In this document: positions 1 through 9,427 of the stretch, piece by piece | How positions within the stretch are numbered: position 1 is the first letter of the stretch | How the letters are laid out: each line of letters starts with the position of its first letter | Assembly (NCBI GenBank): GCA_964483485.1 | Contig: CAZABQ010000001.1 | Location: 1 to 43,057 of the forward strand | Length of the DNA stretch: 43,057 bases | Source: an uncultured Methanomicrobiales archaeon | GTDB lineage: Archaea > Halobacteriota > Methanomicrobia > Methanomicrobiales > Methanocorpusculaceae | Direction: 5' to 3' | Position numbers and translations under genes: made by a program | Notes under the pieces: generated by a model | The model's input: only the letters and a program-made list of their open reading frames with translations | Told to the model about the DNA's origin: nothing | Database searches by the model: none

Positions 1-1680
1 ACGGTTTCCAGACGGGATGTTCGCTGCCATCCAATACCGAACCAATGTCTCTGCATAGTCAGTCTTCTCATCGTATCCTTTTTTATCCGAATTTCCGACA
101 TTCGTGAGACAGATACGGCGGCTGAACAAAGCGGCTGAATACTCCATTCCATACAGCGTCACCATCTTCTTAGAATCACCGTAGATGCGAGTGATGATAC
201 ACAACCGCCACTTATTGAGGACATGCACTGCCAACATAGTCCCGATGACGAGGTCCAGCTTCTTGAAATCGTAGGTGGATAGTGACACTTGTATCTCATC
301 GCCATCCGAATAGCTCCGAAAATACCGGACATACTGAACCCTACTCAGTACCGCAGTAGTGACACCAGCGCTTGATATCACCCGAATAGGGGCAGTTTTT
401 CTGGTCTTGGTGGAGGATGTTACAACTCTGATTATCACAGGGTTAGAGACTGCGATACCCCCAACGCCAGTCACGACACATCGATATCGATACGTCCCAA
501 TTGCCAGCATGACTGGGGAATAAACAGCGTCGGATGCTCCGTCGACATACGTGAACGTCTGTCCATCGGTAGACAACTGCCACAACCAAGAGTATGCATG
601 TGTGGTGACGGCTGTCAACGTCACCACACTCTGCGTTGTGACATCGGTTTTGTTGGCGACTACCGACACTGTTGGGATTGGGCTTTCCGAGATCGATATC
701 TGTAATGGTTCTGAAGTCGTGACTCCGCCAATGCCAGTCGCAGTGCATTTGAACAGATAGTTCCCGACATCATCATTCGCGCTGTAGTGGCGTAGAATGA
801 GATTCTCGGTCTCCGGCAACTCAACATACGACACGCCGCTATCAATCGACTGATACCATACTATGTTTGAGGTATTCGTAGTGGCGGCGTTTATTCTGAC
901 GCTAATCGGCACGACACCACCTGCGGGTTCAGCAGTCAGGACGATTGTTGGCGGACTGGGGATAGTGATGGCGATGACATTCGAACTCGACGATCCAGTT
1001 GAGTTAGTGGCGACACACTGATAGGTGTATGTTCCCGGAGCAGTGAGTTCAACCGAGTATGTCGTCGCATTCCCACTACCGAGCGCACTGGATACACCAT
1101 TAGCAATCTGATACCATTGGAGGCTGGTATAGTTTTTCGCGTATGCAGTCAAGAGAGCAGTAATGCCCGGAGTCTGATATTCCTGCTGGAGCATTACGAC
1201 AATTTCGGGCAAATCGTTCTGTCCACTTCCACCAACATTTTCACCTCCAGAGGGCGTTGATGTGGATGGGGCAGATGGACTACTTGTATTGTCTCCTCCC
1301 AAACTCCCTCCGCCGCTTCCGTCTGTGCCCGGGTTTGGAAGTTGGACTGGTGCAGGGGAAACTGGGAGTGTGATGTAGACCGTCTTTGTGAATGTTCCAT
1401 ATGTCGAAGTATGGTGAAAAGTTGCATCTACGTAGATTGTAGTGGCGGCTGATACTCTGCCAATATACCAGCTCGGAAAATTAATTCCACCTTCTATATA
1501 TGCTGCGGAATAGGTGATGGTTCCAGCATATCCTTTGTTGCATGTCCACGAAGCTGATGCTACCCTGATCCTATAACCACCGTCTGAATCCGTGGTATAT
1601 CCGAGGGTGATGGAAGTATAATCCGAGTGTGAAGTGCCCCCACCTCCGCCACCCCCACCACCAGAGGGGCAAGTGCACAA
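1..1680 (-). CDS. Tail-tip (Tal/hub-like) protein with Gly-rich N-terminus and 3 Ig-like repeats; 3' end truncated by the window
   Basis: Missing from the ORF track. I read an open frame from TTG 1680 (after GGTGGTG SD-like) to base 1: MCTCPSGGGGGGGGGTSHSDY...LQWYQ..GTYTYQCVATN, WYQSID..GNYLFKCTAT, WQLSTDG..GTYRYRCVVT, then a hub-like region (VRYFRSYSDGDEIQVSL...VTLYGMEY); lies downstream of Dit. Confidence 0.8.
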   Translation of the reverse strand, partial: MCTCPSGGGGGGGGGTSHSDYTSITLGYTTDSDGGYRIRVASASWTCNKGYAGTITYSAAYIEGGINFPSWYIGRVSAATTIYVDATFHHTSTYGTFTKTVYITLPVSPAPVQLPNPGTDGSGGGSLGGDNTSSPSAPSTSTPSGGENVGGSGQNDLPEIVVMLQQEYQTPGITALLTAYAKNYTSLQWYQIANGVSSALGSGNATTYSVELTAPGTYTYQCVATNSTGSSSSNVIAITIPSPPTIVLTAEPAGGVVPISVRINAATTNTSNIVWYQSIDSGVSYVELPETENLILRHYSANDDVGNYLFKCTATGIGGVTTSEPLQISISESPIPTVSVVANKTDVTTQSVVTLTAVTTHAYSWLWQLSTDGQTFTYVDGASDAVYSPVMLAIGTYRYRCVVTGVGGIAVSNPVIIRVVTSSTKTRKTAPIRVISSAGVTTAVLSRVQYVRYFRSYSDGDEIQVSLSTYDFKKLDLVIGTMLAVHVLNKWRLCIITRIYGDSKKMVTLYGMEYSAALFSRRICLTNVGNSDKKGYDEKTDYAETLVRYWMAANIPSGNR

Positions 1681-2493
1681 TTACACCACCCCAAGGTAAT
1701 TGAGAAACTGTAGCTCGATAACCCCTCTTAGTGGAACAATACCATTCAGTCGTATCATGTTTGGAGAGTAGATGACTTGTGGGACCAGATCAAATCGACT
1801 AAACCATATGTTCATGTGCTCAGACTCGTTCTTCGGAGGATGGTAGTCATGGTAATCGTCCGTGTGAGCTGGGGGGTAAAACGAAAGGATTGGCACTGTT
1901 GATGGAATTCGATCTGATACGTTTCTGAGGATACACGCCCCAATAAGTCCGAAATCAAACGCTGACAATTCAGAGACAGAGTCAACCCATGTATGATTGG
2001 GAAACGCCAAGAGATATTCGGGGGGAATCCATCCGTATATACCAACTGAGATGTCGGAAAACAATGGAATATCCCACTCTGCAATCATATCCAGTGAAAC
2101 CAAACCACCTATATCGATAGGTTCATCAGGGTTCACTTTGTTACTTGTCGCATGAATGGGGTCGTCGCCAGGATGTAGTAGTTCATTCAATTTATCGACA
2201 GGTATGCACAACGCAGTCGGAGAATTTTCGTCGACTCGGCGAGAAAGATACCAGCTTGGGAAATCAAATATACCAACGTCATACCCCAGTGGTATATTCG
2301 AACGTAGCAAGGCGAGGCTGTCAAACGCATTTGAGTATGTCATAAATTCTCCGGGTCTGAATTGGCATGTCTCATAGTTGATGCGGGTTCTCGGAAAGCC
2401 GCATACTTTCTCACCATTCGCCTCTAAATTGGCTCGTAAACGAAGGATGTATCTATCCCTATCATCAATGCTGGAAATGAAGTAGCATCGCAT
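1681..2493 (-). CDS. Hypothetical protein (270 aa) in the tail module
   Basis: ORF track 1681..2610; likely start is ATG 2493 (MRCYFISS), which overlaps the upstream TGA and follows GGAGAGG. Confidence 0.7.
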   Translation of the reverse strand: MRCYFISSIDDRDRYILRLRANLEANGEKVCGFPRTRINYETCQFRPGEFMTYSNAFDSLALLRSNIPLGYDVGIFDFPSWYLSRRVDENSPTALCIPVDKLNELLHPGDDPIHATSNKVNPDEPIDIGGLVSLDMIAEWDIPLFSDISVGIYGWIPPEYLLAFPNHTWVDSVSELSAFDFGLIGACILRNVSDRIPSTVPILSFYPPAHTDDYHDYHPPKNESEHMNIWFSRFDLVPQVIYSPNMIRLNGIVPLRGVIELQFLNYLGVV

Positions 2494-2717
2494 CAATAAC
2501 CTCTCCCGTGATAGCTGTTGCAGGCGATTGCCCGCACACGTCCGTCTTTCTGGCGGAAAATGATCTGTGGAAGTGGATGATTGCACCCTGTATCCGTCAA
2601 GTTTCTGCACCCTTCACAGACATCTGTCATGTTCGCCATAGCTCGTTTTTCAGCGCAGCGACGGCACTGCACACCACATTTCCTTTGTTCAGTTGTTTTC
2701 CATCCTTTTGTCGTCAT
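2493..2717 (-). CDS. Small Cys-rich protein (74 aa)
   Basis: ATGA overlap with the Dit stop and TGATG overlap downstream; CEGCRN..GC..CNSY pattern. Confidence 0.65.
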   Translation of the reverse strand: MTTKGWKTTEQRKCGVQCRRCAEKRAMANMTDVCEGCRNLTDTGCNHPLPQIIFRQKDGRVRAIACNSYHGRGY

Positions 2718-4186
2718 AGTCCACCCCATTTGGGTCGTATTGTCACACCCAACGCGCCTGTAATCTGATTATCGCCGGGTTCTATTTGGAAGAACTCAGT
2801 GTCCAAATTCAACTTATACAGGACGTTCTGCGTCCCGTCAGTCGCGGTGATACTGCTATAGTCAGTAATCACAACAATCCCGGTCAGGTTGTAGTCTGCG
2901 TTTGTCGTCGGATCAACAGCTGGTTTGATGGATTGTCCCGTCGTCTGATTTGTCGCACCCTCACTCCCGAGGACAATCGTTGCACCGCAAGGGAGATCGC
3001 CAGGGTTGTTGATTACTCCCTCAGACATCGACACGGTGGATGACAGATACCAGCAAGGGTCTGTCGCAGTGAACTGGAGATCTGCCTCCCATGTCTTCTC
3101 GTCTGGGGCAGTGCCGCGTGAGAACTTCGGATACCCCGATGCAGTTCTCACGGTGAGATACTTGACTTCCTTCTGTTCCGAGCACGAATACAGGCGAAGT
3201 TCACCGGAATACGGGTTGCAGATCCGGTTGAGTTTCTGTCTGCGGAGTTCGAGCTCTGCTCGGTTCTTACCCAGACAGACCACCCGCATTGTTACAGGTC
3301 GTTTGCCGTATTGAGTTGCCTGATAGAGTTCACCAATGCCGTAGGGAGTTCCGACGCTGACCACTTCACCAGTAGTGCCTGACATACCCGTGAGGTTTTC
3401 CCGCAGGACACCGAACTCGATGTTATCGAAGAACAGATATTGACTCAGCGGTGGGCTGTAAAGTCCCCATGTAGGCGAAAGGACATTGATCGTGACGGAG
3501 TCCGATGATGAACCGTAGTCGTTCGAAGCAGTCGCAGTAATCGTGACTTCGTAAGGGACACCATAGTGGTAAACGTGTGTCACTGTCTGCCCGATCTCCG
3601 TAGTGCCGTCACCACAATCCCATGTGATTGTTGTCGGGTTATTGAGAACATCTGCTGTAAAGGTGATTTCATTCTCAACGATGCACTCGGATGTCGGCAG
3701 AATTTTGATAGTAGGGATTACTCCGATCTCAAGATTGATGGTCGCTGTTTCTGTAGTCTCGGTTAGTGGTGGTGAACTGGATGCGGGCAGAGTAATGGTA
3801 TTACTCGCCGATTTCGTACCAAAGTGCGATAGAGTAATTGTTACTGAAAACGTTGTTTCTTCACTCAGAGGCCCAACTTTCCAAGACATTTCTCCAATCG
3901 CTCTATTTCCAGAACCAGCCCCCCATGTAGTGGTGGTGGGGGAGGTGATGAGCGTAACAGTTTGTTCTGGAGCCGAGCAAGCATAAGCTGTCAATGTGAA
4001 TCCACCATCTGTACTCCCGTGACCACAGCTGAACGTAGGGTTGCATGTGATCGTGTAGGTGCCGTCTGAATTGGGAGTATATGTCAGAGGTATGATCAGT
4101 TCGTCGGAACCATAACAAGTAGGGTCATCTGGGTCGCACCCGCCACCATTGACTAACTCATAATACCACGTTGTTGTTTCACCCAT
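2714..4186 (-). CDS. Distal tail protein (Dit) with N-terminal accessory domain and PKD domain
   Basis: C-terminal half is Dit-like (YGKRPVTM..LNRICNP..LQFTATDPCWY..NPGDLP..FFQIEPGDNQI); PKD motif ITWDCGDGTTEIGQTVTHVY; ATG 4186 lies 6 nt after GAGGTG (the ORF track starts at 4195). Confidence 0.82.
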   Translation of the reverse strand: MGETTTWYYELVNGGGCDPDDPTCYGSDELIIPLTYTPNSDGTYTITCNPTFSCGHGSTDGGFTLTAYACSAPEQTVTLITSPTTTTWGAGSGNRAIGEMSWKVGPLSEETTFSVTITLSHFGTKSASNTITLPASSSPPLTETTETATINLEIGVIPTIKILPTSECIVENEITFTADVLNNPTTITWDCGDGTTEIGQTVTHVYHYGVPYEVTITATASNDYGSSSDSVTINVLSPTWGLYSPPLSQYLFFDNIEFGVLRENLTGMSGTTGEVVSVGTPYGIGELYQATQYGKRPVTMRVVCLGKNRAELELRRQKLNRICNPYSGELRLYSCSEQKEVKYLTVRTASGYPKFSRGTAPDEKTWEADLQFTATDPCWYLSSTVSMSEGVINNPGDLPCGATIVLGSEGATNQTTGQSIKPAVDPTTNADYNLTGIVVITDYSSITATDGTQNVLYKLNLDTEFFQIEPGDNQITGALGVTIRPKWGGL

Positions 4187-4196
4187 CGTCACCACC

Positions 4197-4550
4197 TCAT
4201 GATACCATAACCGTCAGAGATGCAATATCTACAAGTTCCTCCCACAGTTCTCCGAGATATCCTCCTTTCAGGACAAAGGCATATTCTCCGGGTTCCTGCG
4301 GGACAAATGCGTAGGTACTGTCAAGATATGCTCCCCGAACGCGGGAACATGTTCGGGCGCTGTCCAGAAGCTCGCCATCCAGCCAGAATGTTATTTCTGA
4401 CATCCCAGTTCCATCCTGCATGATCTTCGGGGATACTCCCTGATAGGTAATAGTCGTAGCCTGTCCTACTGCGAGGTTATTCCCAGCAGAACTTACAATA
4501 GCGTTTGGAATGTCAATCGTCCCAACCGTTCCATTTACTTCAATCATCAT
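4197..4550 (-). CDS. Small beta-rich (Ig-like) tail-associated protein
   Basis: ATGA overlap with the upstream gene; ITFWLDGE..YAFVPQEPGEYAFVL resembles a PKD/Ig strand pattern. Confidence 0.6.
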   Translation of the reverse strand: MMIEVNGTVGTIDIPNAIVSSAGNNLAVGQATTITYQGVSPKIMQDGTGMSEITFWLDGELLDSARTCSRVRGAYLDSTYAFVPQEPGEYAFVLKGGYLGELWEELVDIASLTVMVS

Positions 4551-6367
4551 GTTTGACCTCCTGTTTCGTCGGAATACCGAGCAGTAACCGTCACTGCATA
4601 TGTTCCAGTTGCTCGGTAAGCATACTCGACCGTCTGACCGGTGAGGGTTGTCTCATCACCCATATTCCACGTGTAACTGTCTGCCTCTCTTGGCCCAAGC
4701 ACTGAGAATCGCAGTTTCGTGCCAACCCCGGATTTCACCACAGTGGGTGAGACAATCGTGAGAACAGACGGTAGAACAGTCACGGTTGCGACGGAGGTGT
4801 ATCCTGTTCCACCCGCTGATGTGTGGGCGCACCGGACGTAATACGTCCCGTAAGAAGCATGGTTAAGTGTCACTGATGTTCCAGTCTCGCTACTTATATC
4901 CGTGAAGTAAATTCCGTTTGTGGACATCTGCCACTGGTAAGCGATGGAATCTGTGCTCTCTGTCGAAGCAGTGAGAATGTAATTCGTATCTTCTACGACA
5001 GTCTTTGCCGAGGGAGAAATGATCACAACCGGTAGGTCTGTCTGGAGGATGTAGATCACAACTGGGTCTGATTTGGTTGTCCCTGCTTCATTTTTGACTG
5101 AACACCTGACATAGTAATGCCGTGCGTCAGCGTTTGAAGCCGCAGCGATTTTGATACCTCTTGTTGTGATGCTGGTGGACGCGAATGTCGATCCATCCGT
5201 TGAAATTTCCCAATCGTAGCTTGTTTCGGTGTTTTCTGAGTTTGAAATGAGAGTGATGCCATTGGGGACATAAACTTCAGTATCACCACGAGCATAGATG
5301 CTGACGGTTGGTTTCCGTAGATTGACGCGGGTTGTAATCGAGTTTGTTGTAAGGGGTGTCCCACCGCTGGACGTCACCACACAACGGTAATAGTATGTCT
5401 TCTGTGTCGTGTCCGTCCCGTCGAACAGAGTTGGGTCGTATGTCAGAGACAGTGTAGGTAATGTTTCCCCCACTAACGTCTCAAACGTAGCACCGTCTGT
5501 AGACATCTCCCATTGTCGACTGGCAGGATACAGAGATGTTAGTGCAATGATGGTGTAATCTGGAGCGTCAACTTCTTGCTTCCGAGTAAAGATTGCAGTT
5601 GTTGGGGTGGGGGATGTGACATTTACAGTGATTGTATCGGATTTGTGGTCCAAATCGTGTTGACGCCAGAAATTGTAAGTCCCAATCTCCAAAGTGACGC
5701 AGAGCGGGTGGACAACATATTCCATTTTCGCTATATCATACACAGTGCTGTATTCGTAATACCAAGTATCTCCAGAACCATACCCAGTTCTGTTCGCACT
5801 CGATGGCCCGGTTGAGTAGAAACCATCATAACACATTGAATCGTCGATTCCGAGGATTTTGATGGTGTCACCGGGGTAGAATGTCCCAGTTGGAACTCTG
5901 ATCCGACGATAATATGGACTGACAAGATACTTCTTTTCGACAAACGAGTCAGTCACGACAATTCTTTGTGTGTTTTCAGTGGGGATATAGAGAGAATCAT
6001 CAAAGTAGAACAGCGCTCGGTAATAGTATGTCCCAACAGGATTTGACGCTCGGTATATCAGATCGTTGGCACCGATGATATTCGACCACGTTGAGTTATT
6101 AGTTGATACCTGCCACTGTATCTTGTTGCCAGTACTCCCGTTACCCGATAATGACAGTTCCACAGTATCGCTGCTACCGATGACATTTGCAAACTTCCCT
6201 TTGGAACTGTGACAGAGATTTGCGGTGAAGGTATAGCTTGATGTCCGGTTATACTTCGTTTCCAATTTGGTTATGACGATGGAATATCTCGGAATTTCCA
6301 GAGGTCTTACGACGATATTATGTTCGACTCCGCCCTCGTTCCCAACTGGGGTATAGACCAGCGACAT
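4547..6367 (-). CDS. Adhesin-like tail protein with 4 Ig-like repeats and a C-terminal PKD domain
   Basis: Repeated W(Q/E)xST(D/N)xxx(F/W)...YY(Y/V)R(C/A) units; YTWNMGDETTLTGQTVEYAYRATGTYAVTVTA is PKD-like; Thr/Ser-rich. Confidence 0.8.
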   Translation of the reverse strand: MSLVYTPVGNEGGVEHNIVVRPLEIPRYSIVITKLETKYNRTSSYTFTANLCHSSKGKFANVIGSSDTVELSLSGNGSTGNKIQWQVSTNNSTWSNIIGANDLIYRASNPVGTYYYRALFYFDDSLYIPTENTQRIVVTDSFVEKKYLVSPYYRRIRVPTGTFYPGDTIKILGIDDSMCYDGFYSTGPSSANRTGYGSGDTWYYEYSTVYDIAKMEYVVHPLCVTLEIGTYNFWRQHDLDHKSDTITVNVTSPTPTTAIFTRKQEVDAPDYTIIALTSLYPASRQWEMSTDGATFETLVGETLPTLSLTYDPTLFDGTDTTQKTYYYRCVVTSSGGTPLTTNSITTRVNLRKPTVSIYARGDTEVYVPNGITLISNSENTETSYDWEISTDGSTFASTSITTRGIKIAAASNADARHYYVRCSVKNEAGTTKSDPVVIYILQTDLPVVIISPSAKTVVEDTNYILTASTESTDSIAYQWQMSTNGIYFTDISSETGTSVTLNHASYGTYYVRCAHTSAGGTGYTSVATVTVLPSVLTIVSPTVVKSGVGTKLRFSVLGPREADSYTWNMGDETTLTGQTVEYAYRATGTYAVTVTARYSDETGGQT

Positions 6368-8022
6368 TATGCCGACCTCACAGCTTTCTGATTATTTGAT
6401 TCAACGTCCCGAATTGTTTCCAGAGGCGTCATCTCCATCCCGTTGAAATTGTTCGTCATCTGGACGTTGTAGACGTTACCGAACTGACCATCATTACCCA
6501 CGACTTTGATGCTTTCAGCCTGAACACTGACTTCCTTGTCGGTCTCGATCTTCGCTCCGTTCTGGAACAACGATCCCAAGGCGCCCATGACTCCTTTGTA
6601 AGAAGGGGTCATCGAAAGACCGTTTGTTAGCACTGCGAGGAGTAAATCCGAGCCGTTCATTTCCTCTGGACTAGCCAATGATTTACTTGCATGATATGTC
6701 ACATCACTTCCAAAAGCAGTTATGGCAGACAACGGAGTTTCACGCATCCTAACATTCATCGAGTTATCAGCTGCTACGAGTCTCGAATTTCGGATGTTTC
6801 GTAGATCAATATTCTCTGCGACTCTCGCTGCACTTTCAGCTCGGTTAATATCCCCGAATAAATCAAGCGCGGACTCGCTGTTTGCCCCACCCAAACTCAT
6901 AAACCGAGACCAGACTACATCTGCTGACATACCCTTGTCAAGCGCTGTTTTCATTGCTTGTTCCAACCCACCGTCCAAAAACTGCTTTGCTTTCGTGCTA
7001 CCCAGTTCTTCGTAGACAGAACCAGCAAAAGCCATTCTGGACTCCAGACTGTCGAATCCATACCAGTTATAGACACGTTGCTTTTCAGAAAGAAGCTTTG
7101 GTATTTCTTCGACGTCACGCGGCTGCAATTTGTATTTCTGAAAGACTGTTGTGAGTTGCCCGAGGAACTTGATTTGTTCGTCGGAACTCAAGTCATAGTC
7201 CTTCGCGATATTGTTTACTGATTCCACGAGAGCACCGACTTCATTCCCTGTCGCAGTCGAATAATCCATGTATGCCTTCCCCATTTCCGCCAACTCATCC
7301 ATACTTGCATCAGGATAGTAGTGGCCAAGAGCCCCTACAACAGTCTTGATGGAGTCGCGATCGTAAACTGAACTCGTGGCTTGGAGGCGCTCCACTACCC
7401 CCATATAAGGGGCAACTTCATACTTCGACGTCGAGCCGGTGTAGTAGGCAATGTCCGCCTCAAGGGTTGAGTAAGCATCATGAGCATCAAGTAACACTGC
7501 CACCAAAGCTCCTATAGCACCGACTGCGGCAGCTGCGTTCGCGGGAATTCCTACTAAGTCAGTTATTAAGTCTCCCATTGAATCGGAAGCCCCTTTGCTA
7601 CTCGAATCCGTCTCCTTGATTGCATCATTAATGTCATCGACATCAGATTTGGCATCGTTCGCTGAAGAACTGATATCTTCCACTTTTTCAGCGTAAATCT
7701 CCATCGAATCGGTGACACCATCTGCCCGATTGCCGGTGTCGTCAATGCTATTGCCCAGTTCATCAACAGATGATCGAGCGTTATCCGAATATCTTGACGT
7801 ATCTTGGATAGACGAATTAAGATCGCTTACTTCATCAGTAGCATCCTTAATTGGCCCGGAAACTCCTTCAAAAGTGTCACCAAGGGCGTTTATGTTCTCT
7901 TCATACTCGCCGAGCTCATTTGCACTCTGCTTAATCTCACTACTGATCTGTTCAAGACCCTTTGTTAAGTCTCGATAATCAGCTTCAAAAGCAACAACCA
8001 GTCGGTCAATTTCCTCGCTCAT
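6367..8022 (-). CDS. Tail tape measure protein
   Basis: N-terminal LVVAFEADYRDLTKGL, long helical acidic repeats, Ala/Gly hydrophobic segment; directly follows the frameshifted chaperones. Confidence 0.85.
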   Translation of the reverse strand: MSEEIDRLVVAFEADYRDLTKGLEQISSEIKQSANELGEYEENINALGDTFEGVSGPIKDATDEVSDLNSSIQDTSRYSDNARSSVDELGNSIDDTGNRADGVTDSMEIYAEKVEDISSSANDAKSDVDDINDAIKETDSSSKGASDSMGDLITDLVGIPANAAAAVGAIGALVAVLLDAHDAYSTLEADIAYYTGSTSKYEVAPYMGVVERLQATSSVYDRDSIKTVVGALGHYYPDASMDELAEMGKAYMDYSTATGNEVGALVESVNNIAKDYDLSSDEQIKFLGQLTTVFQKYKLQPRDVEEIPKLLSEKQRVYNWYGFDSLESRMAFAGSVYEELGSTKAKQFLDGGLEQAMKTALDKGMSADVVWSRFMSLGGANSESALDLFGDINRAESAARVAENIDLRNIRNSRLVAADNSMNVRMRETPLSAITAFGSDVTYHASKSLASPEEMNGSDLLLAVLTNGLSMTPSYKGVMGALGSLFQNGAKIETDKEVSVQAESIKVVGNDGQFGNVYNVQMTNNFNGMEMTPLETIRDVESNNQKAVRSA

Positions 8023-8288
8023 ATTCCACCGTGAATTGTTTTCTTAAGATTGGCGAAACCTGCTCTATCAGGGGCGTCGTCGTCAACCGTTTTCAGTCTT
8101 GAGGGAAGGATAGGCACAGGAGTCCTCACGACAGGGAGTTTGGGAGCATCCTCGTCAAGAATCCTATTCATTAGTAGAATTTCCCCTTCACCAAAAGCGG
8201 TGATAATGAGCCAAGGGCTCTCGTGATAATGGAGAGCTAATCGATATACAGCCCGCGTCAGGCGGTCACGGGCCGATCCGAGTTTTTT
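8019..8288 (-). CDS. Tail assembly chaperone, -1 frameshift extension (gpT-like)
   Basis: Open -1 frame relative to 8258..8611, entered at A AAA AAC; ends in an ATGA overlap with the tape measure gene. Confidence 0.8.
   Translation of the reverse strand, partial: KKLGSARDRLTRAVYRLALHYHESPWLIITAFGEGEILLMNRILDEDAPKLPVVRTPVPILPSRLKTVDDDAPDRAGFANLKKTIHGGI
8249..8288 (-). other. Programmed -1 ribosomal frameshift signal
   Basis: Slippery heptamer A AAA AAC (8288-8282) in the correct phase, 6-nt spacer, 9-bp stem CGGCCCGUG/CGCGGGCUG (8275-8249). Confidence 0.85.
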
Positions 8289-8611
8289 CCAACAGGTTCC
8301 TTTCCGCACTGATTCACACGCTCCAACATGATTTTCGCGACAGCGAATATGTCCTCCTGAGTGAGGTGTTCCAGAACCCATCGTGCATCGATTTCATGTG
8401 GTGTTGCACTGCCTGATGCGATTGTGGATATGATGGCAGCGCCTGTGATGGCATCCATCTGCTCTTTCTTTCGGGGTTCGAGCAGATTGAGTAGTTTTAG
8501 CCGAGTATATGCAGGCACAAAGGTAAGGTCGACAGTCACAACGTCGCCCTTGGAGCCGATTTTTATCGTGAACGGCTCAGATTCACGCGTATAGTCAAAA
8601 AATGGGGTCAT
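8258..8611 (-). CDS. Tail assembly chaperone (gpG-like)
   Basis: Lies between the tail tube and tape measure genes; ends ..VGKN.. at the slippery site. Confidence 0.82.
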   Translation of the reverse strand: MTPFFDYTRESEPFTIKIGSKGDVVTVDLTFVPAYTRLKLLNLLEPRKKEQMDAITGAAIISTIASGSATPHEIDARWVLEHLTQEDIFAVAKIMLERVNQCGKEPVGKNSDRPVTA

Positions 8612-9426
8612 ACCGTGACCTCATCCACGGTGTTATACAGCTGGTCATTTTCCGCCCGGCTGGAGTCGATACGGCCAATCATTGCTACTGGCATGGTGAC
8701 GAGGTCTTTGGCTTTGTCGGAACCGAAACTGAGCTCTGCCGATTCTATACCAGTCACTCGATAAATTTCAAGGATGAAACGCTTTCCATCTGCCTGTTTG
8801 TTGACGAACCAAACGTGAAGGTATTTCGCCTGATTGATAGAACCACCAACAGTGAACTTCTTGGACGCGATTGGGGTGTAGGTGTAGCTCACCGACACCG
8901 CAGTTCCAGAAACAATACTGCCTCCTGACAGCCGCTGTAGGTAAGTTGTCCCGTCTGCAAGGTAAGTGACGTAATCAGTGCCGGACGTGTAGGTGGTATC
9001 CCCAGTGCTGTTTTTGACAACGATAGTCTGGCAGATGGTCTTCACACCATCTGGTATGTGGACGTGAGCCAACGGTGCAGGGACAATGCCCATCAGAACG
9101 ATAGATTCGTCAGATACGTTGACAGATGTGGCGTTTGTGACTGAGTATGTCCCGCTCTGGAGCAGAGTATGGAGCACTTCCAAGTCGATGTTCTTCCACT
9201 GCGACGCTCCGATTTCCGCAGTCTCGTTGCTGAGACCTGCGTCGTAGTCGTCAGTGTTGTCAGTTTCGATGATTTTCCGGGTTGCTTTGTATCGGAAATA
9301 AGCGCCGTCAAGCATCCCGATTTCAGTGGCTGTGTTAATCGTCGCAGTCTTGTCCTCGTATGGGGCGACAAGGACTGTGACGGAACCCAGTTTCAGTGGT
9401 TTTGAGTTGATATACTGGTTTACCAT
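8608..9426 (-). CDS. Major tail (tube) protein with inserted beta domain
   Basis: Position; LGSVTVLVA..IGMLDG N-terminus, C-terminal ELSFGSD..TMPV; insertion TYTSGTDYV..VSVSYTY. Confidence 0.8.
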   Translation of the reverse strand: MVNQYINSKPLKLGSVTVLVAPYEDKTATINTATEIGMLDGAYFRYKATRKIIETDNTDDYDAGLSNETAEIGASQWKNIDLEVLHTLLQSGTYSVTNATSVNVSDESIVLMGIVPAPLAHVHIPDGVKTICQTIVVKNSTGDTTYTSGTDYVTYLADGTTYLQRLSGGSIVSGTAVSVSYTYTPIASKKFTVGGSINQAKYLHVWFVNKQADGKRFILEIYRVTGIESAELSFGSDKAKDLVTMPVAMIGRIDSSRAENDQLYNTVDEVTV

Positions 9427-9427
9427 G

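Noticed and set aside
1678-1683. Single in-frame TAA joining 1681..2493 to 1..1680 (readthrough or pseudogene?)
   Set aside because: TAA is not a recoded codon, an SD-like GGTGGTG precedes TTG 1680, and the downstream N-terminus matches the Dit N-terminus, so these are two separate genes
1-6367. Diversity-generating retroelement acting on the tail adhesins
   Set aside because: No reverse transcriptase and no near-identical TR/VR pair seen; the repeats are diverged at the protein level. The missing left arm cannot be assessed
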